The notes under the pieces: generated by a model
Database searches by the model: none
Told to the model about the DNA's origin: nothing
What the model saw: the letters and a program-made list of their open reading frames with translations, nothing else
Translations under genes and position numbers: made by a program
Source: Octopus vulgaris
Lineage: Eukaryota
NCBI GenBank assembly: GCA_951406725.2
Contig: OX597837.1
Location: 44,640,001-44,704,000, forward strand
DNA length: 64,000 bases
Reading direction: 5' to 3'
Shown here: piece by piece, positions 1 through 12,745 of the stretch
Layout of the letters: each line of letters begins with the position of its first letter
How positions within the stretch are numbered: position 1 is the first letter of the stretch

Positions 1-120
1 ATATTTTGTTTTTGAATTTGCTCAAAGACAATTAACCTAGGGTTAAACAAGAACGATATCAACAACAACAACAACAACGACAACAACAAAAACAGCAACA
101 TTATAACCATTATCATTCAA

Positions 121-250
121 ATGTTTTCATATTCCTTGGTTGTTCTAACTTTAGTGCGGCTGGTTCACCTGCTGAGGTCATTGGGTCTGCTGGTTTTGTC
201 ATCTGTGCTCACCTATGGATTGCATTCACCGAAAAAGGTACATACTATAG
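121..250 (+). CDS. iGluR-family gene exon 1 (hydrophobic N-terminus, start of ATD)
   Basis: ATG at 121; MFSYSLVVLTLVRLVHLLRSLGLLVLSSVLTYGLHSPKKVHTI-G. Donor GTGCGT at 251, phase 1, joins exon 2 to give the ATD-like start VHTIGILVE. An acceptor-like ctaactttag ending at 154 means the true start could lie in an upstream exon. Confidence 0.65.
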
Positions 251-262
251 GTGCGTATAACG

Positions 263-801
<539 letters not shown>

Positions 802-921
802 GTTACTATTATCTCCTTTTAATTTTGTTTCCATTCTTACTGTGTGTCTTCCCAGCACCTAGGGCAAAGGATATAAATAGGGCTTGTATATATATTTGTA
901 TATATATATATATGTGTGTGT

Positions 922-954
<33 letters not shown>

Positions 955-1031
955 GCTACAAGAGGAATCGAAGTGAGCAGATACAGAGACATTTCAAGTT
1001 AACATATAAAGACCTTGGGTTGAAATGTGCA

Positions 1032-1083
<52 letters not shown>

Positions 1084-1232
1084 GTATACATGTAAAAAAG
1101 ATAAGAAACTTAATCAGCTGAAAATTTTAAATCTGCCTTCTCTTTTTACATGAATAAATATTTTCTACATTTAAACCCCAAAGTCTGTATCTGTCTATTT
1201 GAAATATTCACTCTCTCTCTATCCCTCTCCCT

Positions 1233-1281
<49 letters not shown>

Positions 1282-1470
1282 GACATAGATACATATATAC
1301 ATACATACATACATACATACATACATACATACATACATACATACATACATACACACACACATACATACATACATACATACATACATACATACATACATAC
1401 ATACATACATACATACATACATAGAGTGTGTGCAACACGATGCTGTTTTAAGTTTTGTTTTCTGTTTCAG

Positions 1471-1743
1471 TTGCAAAGATGCAGGCAGAGGGTGTCGCAG
1501 GAATCGTAGTATTAGCCATGTGTGACAACCAACTCTTGCTACATCAACTTCTGAGGCAGAAAAATATTCCTCACGTCCCGGTTCCTTCGACGTATTGTTA
1601 CCGCGATCATTTCGAGGAAGGTCGCTCCCCTTGGCGCTTACGTCAACGCGCCTCGACGTTGAGCCTAGTCATAAAAGACACGATCAAAGCACTTAATTTT
1701 CTTGCCATTAAAGAGATAATCATTTTCACTGACGGAACTTACA
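1471..1743 (+). CDS. iGluR-family gene exon 3 (ATD)
   Basis: tttcag/GTAAGT, 273 nt, phase 1-1; AKMQAEGVAGIVVLAMCDNQLLLHQLLRQKNIPHV...IKEIIIFTDGTY resembles the iGluR ATD. Confidence 0.85.
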
Positions 1744-1927
1744 GTAAGTATACATAAGCATTATTATATATTTATCATATGAAGTGTCTGTTTTCGCCAC
1801 AGTACTGCATACTTTGTATTACGTGTTTAGTAATTACAACTGCATCTTTGTAGAACCTTGGTAGCAATTGGATATGGACATACACTGCAGTATAACACTA
1901 ATTTGTATGTAACATACTGCAGCGTAA

Positions 1928-2160
1928 GGTGGCAAACTGGCAGAATCGCTAGCACGCTGGGCGAAATGCTTAGCGGTATTTCGTCTGTCGCTACGTTCTG
2001 AGTTCAAATTCCGCCGAGGTCGACTTTGCCTTTCATCCTTTTGGGGTCGATTAAATAAGTACCAGTTACGCACTGGGGTCGATATAATCGACTTAATCCG
2101 TTTATCTCTCCTTGTTTGTCCCCTCTGTGTGTAGCCCCTTGTGGGCAGTAAAGAAATAAG
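1928..2160 (+). mobile_element. tRNA-derived SINE family A (other copies about 5813-6050, 29655-29810, 33368-33580, 34960-35065, 51810-51960, 52357-52550, 54285-54715)
   Basis: ggcgagctggcaga..gttagca...gagttcaaattcc (A/B-box-like) followed by a conserved body, repeated many times in both orientations. Confidence 0.9.
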
Positions 2161-2269
2161 AAACGTTTGCACGCCGGACGAAATACTTAGTGACATGTCG
2201 TCCGTTTTACATTCAATTTTGGCGCAAGACCAGTAATTGGGGGTGGATATTAGGGCTGATGTGATCCTA

Positions 2270-2705
2270 GAAATTGTCTGACAGCCATGACTGGGTTCTC
2301 CTGCTCGTATGAGGAATACCGAATGTCATCACGCACCACCTGCTTGATGAGAAACTCAGACACTTCCATATCCCTGGCGATTGACCTGATTGACTTGGAG
2401 GAATAGCTGTCAGTCATGGCCTGGACCTTACCAACAAATTTAGGAGTGAGTTCTGTTCTTATCAGAACGATCAGAGTGAGTTTTCCGAGCTTCTGCACCT
2501 TCGTAATCACCATTAGACTCATCCAACTCTTTCTGAAAAATTCTGCACCGTCCTCAGATTGGCCTCCAAACACTCTGAAATGTTCTATTAGGAGCTTCTG
2601 GCTCGAATGTCAAGCAGTACAGCATGTCGTTTCCAAATTTCTGGCAGAGTGAATTGTCATGGTGTTGTCTCACTCACAGATGGTGCCCAACTGACCCTTC
2701 TATAC
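2270..2705 (-). mobile_element. Tc1/mariner-superfamily transposase N-terminal remnant
   Basis: SIRSIARDMEVSEFLIKQVVRDDIRYSSY HTH-like segment, disrupted. Confidence 0.6.
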
Positions 2706-3364
2706 TATGTAGTCGTCAAAATCAAAAACAAACAATGCGCATGCATGAAATTAAAAATATAAATGGCGATAGTTTACCTATCGCACCCTGTGTGTGTGTG
2801 TGTTTGTGTGTGTGTATATGTGTTTGTGTGTGTGTGTATGTGTGTTTTTGTGTGTGTATGTGTGTTTGTGTGTGTGTGTATGTGTGTATGCGCGCACATT
2901 TAGTGATTAAATGCACAAACTGTTGCTGCTTTGGTGGCCTAGTAGGTAAGGTGTTTAGAAGTAGTGACATAATACAGAGGTGGAGGTTTCAAATCTCTGC
3001 CAGGAAATAAGGGGGGTCTTACTAAACTTAAACGGCGGTGCATCAGCATGGCCGCAGCTCTGAGCTGAAACAAGACAAAAAAAAAAGCAAAAACAAACTG
3101 AAACCAATTTTATGCAAATATTCTGTCATCAAGTTCTAACTAATTATATCTAAATGAAATTATATCTAATGCTAATTATACCTAATACTTAAGAAGGTGA
3201 CAGACACACGGACGTTCGGCTTCTTAAATAGCCATTGTTAAAACAAGCTCTTTTTGTGTTGTCATTCATTATTAATTACACCACTATTCAGTCACAAGAT
3301 TAATTGTGAGTGTTGGTGATTGAACGAAAGAACTTTAGTTAATGCCTCGCTTAGTAACACAATA

Positions 3365-4441
3365 TCACTATTTCCAGTAAGTTGGGCGAAAACAACACGA
3401 TACTAATTTTCCTTTTTGTTCATGTAAGATCGGTTTCTTTACAATGTTCTACCAACGAAAAGAAACGTATAACAACCATTGTCTTATTATAAAAAAGTGA
3501 CACACAAAAATATTACCACGCCTCTGTTATCAGTATTATATAATCACATATTCAGCATAAGTTCATTCGGTGCTTTTACACCATTATCTCTTTGATATTT
3601 TCCAAGCCATGATAATAATAATAAAAAATGCAATCACAGATTAAACGGATGGAAACAGCAAGAAAGTAATATATTAGCATATCGCTGAAAGGAAATCATT
3701 GCGCAATTATAAATCTGTATAGTTTTAGTTCTATATTCATCTGAGCAATGAAGGATGTGTGGTTAAGATGTGCGCTTTGCAATTGCATAGTTCTGAGTTC
3801 ATTCTTACAGTGTGTCAACTTGGGCAAATGTCTTTTACTATAACCCTGACGTGTGAGAGAATTTGGTAGCAGGCACCTTAACCACACGGCCAATCGCCAT
3901 GTTGATTCGCTAGCTTCTGCACGCATTTTTTTTCTCTCCTTGTTTCTTTCCGTGTTTCTTTTCTGTGTATCTTTCTGTTGAAGAGCGTAGGCTCGAAACG
4001 TAAAAGACTTGTTTTATTTATATTCCTGAGCGCCATACTAATACAATTGTTTGTTTGTATTCCACCTGCCTTCGTCTTTTGTCTATTTTCATAAAGCTTC
4101 CCGTTATATATATATATATATATATATCTTTTACCTGTTTCAGTTACTTGAATGTGCCCATGCTGGGGCACCGCCTTGAAGGATTTTAATCGAACAAATC
4201 AACCTTAGGACTTTCTCTTAAGTCGAGTAGTCATTCAATCTTCTCCCTTACGAACCGCTAAGTTACTTGGATATAAACACAGCAACACCGGTTGTCAAGC
4301 GGTGGTGGGAGACAAACACAGGCCCAAAGACACACACACACATATACATGTATATATACATATATGCCTTCTACGATAGCCTCGGGCCGATCAAATCCTT
4401 CTTGAGTGGATTCGGTAGAAGGAAACTAAAAGAAACCCGTC

Positions 4442-4473
<32 letters not shown>

Positions 4474-5221
4474 CAATATTTTATAATTATGAGTATAAGG
4501 GTTCAGCAAAGATTTGCTTTACCACATACCGAACTTTAGAAATAGGAACCTTAGCTATAATTATACTCGTAATTATAAAATAGTGTTTAAGTTTACCGAA
4601 AAATGGTCCTTTTAATATGCCGAATTCTACTTGGTGGAATTATTAATTACTAGTTAATTAATTAATTTTACCCTTTATTATTATTATTATTATTATATAT
4701 ATGGCCGTATGGTTAAGGTTCTTGCTACCAAATTCTCTCACAAGTCAGGGTTATAGTAAAAGGTACTTGCCCAAGGTGACGCACTGTAAGAATGAACTCG
4801 GTACTAAGCGATTGCAAAGCGCACACCTTAACCACACATCCTTCACTGCTCAGATGAATATAGAACTAAAACTATACAGATTTATAATTGCACAATGATT
4901 TCTTTTCAGTGATATGCTAATATATTATTTTCTTGCTGCTTCCATTCGTTTAATCTGTGATCGCTTTTTTTTTTAATTATCATGGTTGGAAAATATCAAA
5001 GAGATAATGGTGTAAAAGCACCGAATGAACTGATGCTGCATATGTGATTATATAATACTAACAGAGGCGTGGTAATTTTTTTTGTTTTAACTTTTTTTAT
5101 AAGACAATGGTTGTTATACGTTTCTTTTCGTTGGTAGAACATTGTAAAGAAACCGATCTTACATGAACAAAAAGGAAAATTAGTATCGTGTTGTTTTCGC
5201 TTAACTTACTGGAAATAGTGT
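3365..5221. repeat. long inverted duplication (arms about 3365-3893 and 4700-5221)
   Basis: Near-identical ORFs on opposite strands (3696-3926 minus, 4701-4898 plus); continuous reverse complementarity by eye. Confidence 0.9.
3970..4007 (+). ncRNA. minimal hammerhead-like motif (related copies at 15351-15382 and 52957-52992)
   Basis: tcttt-CTGTTGAA-gag cgtagg ctc-GAAAC-GTA-aaaga. Core A6 is replaced by T, so activity is doubtful. Confidence 0.5.
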
Positions 5222-5462
5222 TATGCATACATTTATCTACCTAACAGTCCGTTAACAAAAGGGAACACAGCGTAAATAACGGATTGAAAAGGTTGCAAGA
5301 CGCAACGAAAATTTTAGGGAAATAAAAATAAGAAATAAGTGGAAATTCTACCGGTGAGTGTGTTACATTATAAGGCACAAAAAGAAAATGACTCTCCCCA
5401 GACACAACAGAATAATAATAATGTTCTATTTCTGTTTCATTTCTACACTGTCTTCTACGCAG

Positions 5463-5647
5463 ACATCAATCAAGCCAGTGTCATCTTACAGAGTCTTTCA
5501 GAAGAAAATATTAGATTTATGGCTTACCAAGTGAACTATACCAATGCCAGCTATAAAAGCGTACTGGAATGGACAAAGAAATCCATTAAACGAACCTACT
5601 TTCTACTGTTGACCTATGGTCATGGGTCAATGGAAATACTAAACTGT
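5463..5647 (+). CDS. iGluR-family gene exon 4 (ATD)
   Basis: ctacgcag/GTAGGT, phase 1-0; INQASVILQSLSEENIRFMAYQ...YFLLLTYGHGSMEILNC. Confidence 0.85.
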
Positions 5648-6720
5648 GTAGGTATCATTGTTTTTTTAAATACGTTGATGTCTTATTCATATATTTTTAA
5701 ACATTCTCGACCGCACATATTCAATACATGTGTTTTATTTGTTAGCCGGGTTGCTGTGGGTAGCTCCTGGAGGGATGACTCCCTCATTAGGCTGGGTGTT
5801 AAGAGACCTAAAAGGCGGCGAGTTGGCAGAAACGTTAGCACGCCGGGCGAAATGCTTTGTGGTATTTCGTCCGCCGCCGCTGCGTTCTCAGTTCAAATTC
5901 CGCCGAGGTCGACTTTGCCTTTCATCCTTTGGGGGGTCGATAAATTAAGTACCAGTTTCGCACTGGGGTCGATGTAATTGACTTAATCCCTTTGTCTGTC
6001 CTTGTTTGTCCCCTTTGTGTGTAGCCCCTTGTGGGCAATAAAGAAATAAGAGACCTAAAACTCATAGACAGGCGAGAAAACTCTCCTCCGATCCATTTCA
6101 GAAGAACGTAGCTTTTAGTTCGTTATTGAATTTAATTTTTCATATGCGTCATCGTGGCATACCAGCAAATGGTTTCTACACTATTTATATATAGTCAAAG
6201 AATGGCGATTCTATTTGTCCCCGGTCCGATTCAGGCATGTGATACTGGTAAGCCACAACAATAGCGAAATATCCATCACTCCTAGATCGAATTGGGGGCA
6301 ATCCCTCTTGCCATTCTATGACTCTCAGGTGTTTTAACATCCAAGCTAATGAGGTAAACGTCTCTCCAGGAGATATACTGTAGCAAACTGGAATTTCCAA
6401 TGAAATCGACAAAGACTACCCTTTTCAATTGCGCCATCAACCACTGAAACACCTGATACTCTTCTATATGTATCTCGATCACACTTACCATTAACACTCA
6501 TCATATACACTCATGCACACACGTGCACATATATATTGCATTCTGTAACATAATTTTCTTTTCCTGCATGTTAGGATATATATGTATATACATAATAGCC
6601 TTTTTCTCTTATTTATATATGTAATATAATTCATAGTCTTCGGACATTTTTTAAGTATGCTTGGCCACTGGTTTAAATTTATATTAATTAATGATATTAA
6701 TATCTACTCTTATTATTTAA

Positions 6721-6786
<66 letters not shown>

Positions 6787-6809
6787 GTGTGTGTATATAT
6801 ATATGCATG

Positions 6810-6843
<34 letters not shown>

Positions 6844-6896
6844 CGTTTAAATATTTGTTGTGCAAGATTTTTTATGTGAAGTCGTGTGTTGAAACA

Positions 6897-7043
6897 GATA
6901 TTGTTATATTTCGGAATGGTCATATTGCCAGTTTAGATTAAGATTAATGTAAAAAATAAATATCACTGAAGCAAAATAACACCAAATATATAGTGCGTGT
7001 GTTTTTATTGGCTAAACTGGCAATATGACATATTCCGAAATAT

Positions 7044-7049
<6 letters not shown>
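6897..7049. repeat. inverted repeat, arms about 40 bp, between (TA)n tracts
   Basis: atattgttatatttcggaatggtcatattgccagtttag / ctaaactggcaatatgacatattccgaaatataacaatat. Confidence 0.85.
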
Positions 7050-7089
<40 letters not shown>

Positions 7090-7192
7090 GTATATATATA
7101 TATATGTATATTTACATATATATATGTATATATATATATATATGTATGTATATGTATATATACATATATATATGCATACATACATACATACA

Positions 7193-7267
<75 letters not shown>

Positions 7268-7405
7268 TTATTTATACATATATACATTCAGTTGAACCGT
7301 CCAACCCATGCTAGCATGGAAAGCGGACGCTAAACGATGATGATGATGATGATGATGATGATAACATGGTGATATGGAATGATTATTTCTTTCTGTATTT
7401 TATAG

Positions 7406-7588
7406 GCAAGAGACTTGGAACTAATCCGTTACAACACATTTTGGATAATTGCCAACTTGGACATGAATATCGAGGAGTTAAAAACTCTTGACCTGCAGAA
7501 TGTTCGAGCAAACATCCTCTACATAAAGAAGCCTTGTATTTCTTCATCTGTGGGTATATCTGGTGAGCAGAATGGATTTAATATATCA
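7406..7588 (+). CDS. iGluR-family gene exon 5 (ATD)
   Basis: ttatag/GTAAGT, phase 0-0; ARDLELIRYNTFWIIANLDMNIEELKTLDLQNVRANILYIK. Confidence 0.85.
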
Positions 7589-8076
7589 GTAAGTAGACAG
7601 ACGTAAATTCTTTTATGATTATAGATAGACTTAGATGTACATATATATCTCTATAAATTTCATACCCAACCTATATAAAACTATACTGGTATATTTCACT
7701 GTTTATTTTAAATTACAAGAAATATGCTCTAAAATTATTAGCAAATAAAATATATATATTTTTAACATAGTCCTTTAATTTAACTTTACTTTATTAATAC
7801 CAAAAATTACTATTTAATAATTAACTATAAATATATGTTAAGTTAGTATAGAAATATTTAAATATGGAATTATTTCTATATTCTCCATCCCTCTATTGTA
7901 AAAAAATACTGAAAATATTCTAAAATATTCTTTTTTTGTGTGTGAGCCATGTGCAGCCGGAGTGTAGTTTCTTCTCATCTAAAGACAATCTGCTATTCAG
8001 CTCTCTTGAAAGTTGCTTGTTACAACTCTGTGTGTGTGTGCTTATGCATTTATCCGAAGTTATATCTCTCCTTCAG

Positions 8077-8211
8077 ATTACCGACAATTATCTGCTGCAA
8101 ACGGTATCCCGTTACTTTACATACTGTCTGAATATGAGCGAGACGACACCTCAACCATCCGAAATATGGCAAGCGGAGCTGTTCTTCCCAATTGCAGAGA
8201 TGGAGTTTGAC
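8077..8211 (+). CDS. iGluR-family gene exon 6 (ATD, divergent)
   Basis: cttcag/GTAACA, 135 nt, phase 0-0; ITDNYLLQTVSRYFTYCLNMSETTPQPSEIWQAELFFPIAEMEFD. Family similarity is weak. Confidence 0.65.
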
Positions 8212-8430
8212 GTAACATTTTTATTGATTCCATTTTGTCTTCTTTATATAATTATTTGTTCATTTGCTCGTACATTTTCATAATAGCATCCTATATGGCA
8301 AGTTTCTAACTATAGAGATTCTAGTTTACTGCATTAATGATGGCGTGTCGACAGATATACATAGTTATCTTCCAATGTATACGTGTGTATGTCTGTATAT
8401 CGGTCACTATGTGTATGAATATATATATAT

Positions 8431-9421
8431 ATAATTTCAACAATTGAGGGTAAAATTAATTAATTATTAATCAATTTCACCAAGTATTCAGTATGTAAAG
8501 GGACCATTATAGGCGAATTCAAAATATTACATTATATATAAGGGCTTAGTAAAATAAATTACTTTGCCACATACTGAACTCATTAGAAATAGCAGCTAAA
8601 GAAATTTCTTCAGCTATTTCTAATACTTAAAGAAGATCTCTCTCAGATAGTGTTTGCCTAAACCAACTCACAAAAGTATGGGGGAAAAAACATTAAAAAA
8701 TCAAGTGCAAAGGTTATTTGAGAACGTACGTTTCTAGATTAGTCAATTCGACATTTCTTTCTTCAGCTCAGAATTCCTTGAATCGGATTTGGGAACACTG
8801 AAAGTCGGGAGCATACCCTTTCGGCTTCTAATCACCTCTAGAATTCTGCTCGAACTAAAAGTGCTATCAAATTCGAATATGCAAGCGAAGAATTTCTGCT
8901 CTCCCTTTCCACCAGCGTGGGTTAAAATTGACAAACACCATGTATTAACGGTGAAAACCGCAGCATTTAGCAGAGAGAGATGAATTATAATTTCAACAAT
9001 TGAGGGTAAAATTAATTAATTATTAATCAATTTCACCAAGTATTCAGTATGTAAAGGGACCATTATAGGCGAATTCAAAATATTACATTATATATAAGGG
9101 CTTAGTAAAATAAATTACTTTGCCACATACTGAACTCATTAGAAATAGCAGCTAAAGAAATTTCTTCAGCTATTTCTAATACTTAAAGAAGATCTCTCTC
9201 AGATAGTGTTTGCCTAAACCAACTCACAAAAGTATACGTTCTCAAATAACCTTTGCACTTGATTTTTTAATGTTTTTTCCCCCATACTTTTGTGAGTTGG
9301 TTTAGGCAAACACTATCTGAGAGAGATCTTCTTTAAGTATTAGAAATAGCTGAAGAAATTTCTTTAGCTGCTATTTCTAATGAGTTCAGTATGTGGCAAA
9401 GTAATTTATTTTACTAAGCCT

Positions 9422-9430
<9 letters not shown>
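8431..9430. mobile_element. direct-plus-inverted repeat block, Penelope-like pseudo-LTR remnant
   Basis: About 8431-8679 is repeated directly at about 8987-9234, then the reverse complement of about 8533-8729 follows at 9235-9430. Flanked by (TA)n and contains an HHR-like motif. Confidence 0.65.
8719..8770 (-). ncRNA. hammerhead-like motif inside tandem/inverted repeat
   Basis: Minus strand: tgag-CTGAAGA-aaga...tcta-GAAAC-GTAC-GTT-ctca; first helix II pair mismatched, GUU triplet. Confidence 0.6.
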
Positions 9431-9458
<28 letters not shown>

Positions 9459-9491
9459 ACCAAGAAAAAAGCAGCAAGAATGGATTAGTAG

Positions 9492-9580
9492 TTTAGTACA
9501 ATTGTTTCATACTAAGAGCAATTTTATTTGAAGCTGCAAATATTGCAGCAAATACAAATGTCCAGTATTCATCAGCTAAA
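9492..9580 (-). ncRNA. type I hammerhead ribozyme motif (canonical core)
   Basis: Minus strand: tttag-CTGATGA-atact...agtat-GAAAC-AATT-GTA-ctaaa; helices I and II each pair over 5 bp. Confidence 0.85.
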
Positions 9581-9772
9581 TCACATATATGTTTTCCAGA
9601 CATCCTAGAGGGTTTGATTATCCTCATGAAGTATTAGGAGTGAGTTCTATGAAATTTTAAGTCAAATTATTAGCAGACTTAAAATGCTTTCTAATGATGC
9701 ACAGTTTTATAAAAGGTTTTGAAAAAAGATTTGAATTCATTGGAATTCACTTGAATCTTAATTGTTTTTTGC

Positions 9773-9859
<87 letters not shown>

Positions 9860-10030
9860 TCAAGCACACAGATATATATATATACACACTTTATGTACTG
9901 ACTTTTGTTCTGTTAAACATTACGAACGTTTAGCTTCCACAATACACATATAAATTGAATACACTTAGATTAATTACCACCATAATACCACGCCGTCGCT
10001 GTACCGATTCTTACTTCTTTCTCTGTTTAG

Positions 10031-10258
10031 GAAACCAACGACAACATGTTTATGGTTGATCCAGAAGAGGTTGTCGATCGAAAATACGATATATTTCGTG
10101 TAGATGGCTACGAAGAGGAGCCCACCTACAAGCGAATAGGAGAGTGGTGTTCTGAAGTAGGTTTAGTTTTCATGGTGACGCCTATAGACGCAAGAGATGT
10201 CTTTCCCAACGCTTTACCTGGATTGGGTAACGCAACCCTAAAGGTTGGAACCGTCGTG
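10031..10258 (+). CDS. iGluR-family gene exon 7 (ATD end, S1 start)
   Basis: tttag/GTGAGT, phase 0-0; YKRIGEWCSEVGL...VFPNALPGLGNATLKVGTVV. Confidence 0.9.
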
Positions 10259-10559
10259 GTGAGTAGTCTTGAATCGTCATTGTAGTGTTTTTTTTCTTTT
10301 GCCCTCTACTGTTTATTTGTTTCAGTCATTAGACTGCTGCTGTCCCGGGGCACCGTCTTGAAGGGTCTTAGGAGAAGAAATCGAACCGCAGTACAGATGT
10401 TTGTTTAACCGTATGAAAGTCATTCTATTGGCCTCTGATGTCGACTGCTGAGTTATGGCGACATAAACAAACCAACAATGATTGTCAAACGATGTGTAAA
10501 GATACACACATACACACATGTTTGAGTATGTGTGTATAAGTAAATAAAATAAAGTTTCC

Positions 10560-11432
10560 CTTCTCAAGGATATATTTGATTAGATAAAATGCTTAAATAG
10601 TCTTAACTATTAATTTTGCCAAGAAGGGAAACCACTGGGCCATCGGATTTCCAAGATATAGCCCCCCACCCATCATCACAGATCCCCCTCTATGTTTAAC
10701 AGAAGGCAGTCTGGGCCAAATGCTTCTTTTGGCTCTCTCCATACGTATACTCGGCTGGTAGTCAGAAATAAGGTAAAGGATGACTCATTCGAGAAAACAA
10801 CATTCTTCCACTGCTCTAGGAACCAATTCTGTAGGTTTTTACTCCACTCTAAACACTTTGCGACGTTTGTTTTAGAAAGTAGTGGTTTTCTGATTGCAAC
10901 TCTCCCGTGAAATCCGGTTTTATGCAGCTCCCAGCGAACAGTTTTTGTGGAAACAGGGTTGTCGAAGTGGTATTTAAGCTCTGCAGTAATTTTGGGAGCT
11001 GTACTTTTGTGATCCTTTCTAACAATTCGCGTAAGAGTCTGATGGTCTCTATCTGAATATTTTGGTTTTCTTCCGGAGTTTTGTTTCGAAGAGGAGGTTT
11101 TTTTTCCCTCTTTCTCAAAGGCTGTCATTACTTTCGAGATAGAACTCCTTAATACACCAAACATTTCGGCTGTTTTTGTTATGCTAGCGCCTGCCATATG
11201 AGCACCAACAATTTGACCTCTTTGAAAGTCCGACAGATCTATCATTTAAATGAATTTTAATTACCTTTTTCTGGTGATATCTAAGAAGAAACAACAATTT
11301 TAGCAAAACATATTAAGCAACACTAATGATAAATAAAAAAAAAACACCATAAAAATAACAAATTTTTGACGGTTTTAGAGATATTTCAAAATTACGATGC
11401 TAGTTTTTTTTCCATTTTTTGTCCAACCTCTG
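10560..11432 (-). mobile_element. Tc1-family transposon remnant (3'-truncated, frameshifted transposase)
   Basis: ORF 10676-11245 DLSDFQRGQIVG...GRKPK...RKPLLS...WKNVVFSNESSF continues out of frame as WGAISW. TIR-like end CAGAGGTTGGACAAAA with TA at 11433. Confidence 0.92.
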
Positions 11433-11460
11433 TATTTATATATATATGTTTATGTTTCAG

Positions 11461-11552
11461 CTGGCCCCATACATCACTAGAGTAAACGGTACCGGATGGG
11501 AAGGATTCTGTATCGATATACTCAATGAAATGAGTAGTACCATGAACTTCAA
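11461..11552 (+). CDS. iGluR-family gene exon 8 (S1)
   Basis: tttcag/GTTAGT, phase 0-2; LAPYITRVNGTGWEGFCIDILNEMSSTMNF matches the EGFCIDLL motif. Confidence 0.95.
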
Positions 11553-12252
11553 GTTAGTCGGTTACTTCACTTATACAATTTATGTATGTGTATATGTGTA
11601 TGTTTGTCTGTCTCTCTATCTTTCTGTCGGTCTGTCTATATGTATGCATGTATGTATATTAAACCAAAACGAAACAAAAGCCATCTGTTAACAAAACGAG
11701 GTAAGTTCACGACCGAGATTGTTTGAGGCTTAGACAAATAGAAAGATTTAGTAATTATGACGTTTCGGAGATTGTCCTTTTTCAGAGTAACTTGTAGAGC
11801 GGAAAGAAGATATTAAAAATGAGGAATAGCCGAGAAATCGAAGCAGAAGTACCGTCCTCGTACATATATGCACACAGCAACCACATTAACCGCAAATCAT
11901 ATTCTGCTGTCTTCATAAAGAAAACACATTAGAAAGCACATAAACAAAGTAGTTCTAAATACAAGGACTGCATTTCCAGTAAAACACTGGTTCAGTCTGG
12001 TACTGTGTTTAATATTATCAACTTTACCACTTCCTTGTGCTGAACACACCGAACTTTGTGGTCGAAGTTTATAATCGTTCACTCAACCTGAGAATTATTA
12101 ATTAACAAAAATGTTATAATTAAAAATCTATTATAATTTTATACAAGAATTACTAATAATAAAAAAACGAATAGATCTGTTTCTTCGCCTTTATAATTTT
12201 ACAGACATATCGATCCCTTATTTATCTCCTTTGTTCATTTTTCTCCTTTCAG

Positions 12253-12346
12253 TTATATACTGCAAGAACCTGAAGACAAGATGTTCGGTGTTTATGATAA
12301 TGCAACACATAACTGGACTGGAGTTATAGGAATGGCATACAACAAC
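12253..12346 (+). CDS. iGluR-family gene exon 9 (S1); not in ORF track
   Basis: tttcag/GTAAGT, phase 2-0; YILQEPEDKMFGVYDNATHNWTGVIGMAYNN matches D-x-x-[YF]G...WNGMIG. Confidence 0.95.
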
Positions 12347-12525
12347 GTAAGTTCCTTAGAATGCTATCTTCATTGTTGTTGCTTTTCAAACCACGAACAG
12401 CACTGATCGATCTGGTCTATAATCAGTATTGATCCACTCATATACCTTACAATTATTTTGCGTGTGTATCAAAGACAACATTGTTAATTATATCTACTTG
12501 GAGTATCAAACACAACATAGTTTAA

Positions 12526-12745
12526 CCCTTTCGTATTCAGATTATTTTGTCTAATGTAATGTTTTTTCATTGACATTGCTTATAATTAATCATGCTTTAT
12601 TTTGTAGCCATAAAGTTTTCATGATGAGATTGTATATTTCTAGAATGGCATTGAAGGGTAGGTGTGATAGGTTGGATCTGACTAGTTAGAGCATAAAACA
12701 GGAAGCATGTTTGGGCCGGATATGGCCTGTTTAAATACTAAAGGG
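12526..12745. mobile_element. piggyBac-type MITE (related copy about 25928-26145)
   Basis: TTAA-CCCTTT...AAAGGG-TTAA ends. Confidence 0.75.

Noticed and set aside
1928-2015. tRNA-like heads with A/B boxes (also 14848, 25890, 34360)
   Set aside because: Each continues into a SINE body and lacks a proper cloverleaf, so none is called as a tRNA gene.
6185-6497. Two overlapping minus-strand ORFs in iGluR intron 4
   Set aside because: No recognisable motif; probably an old TE fragment or non-coding DNA.
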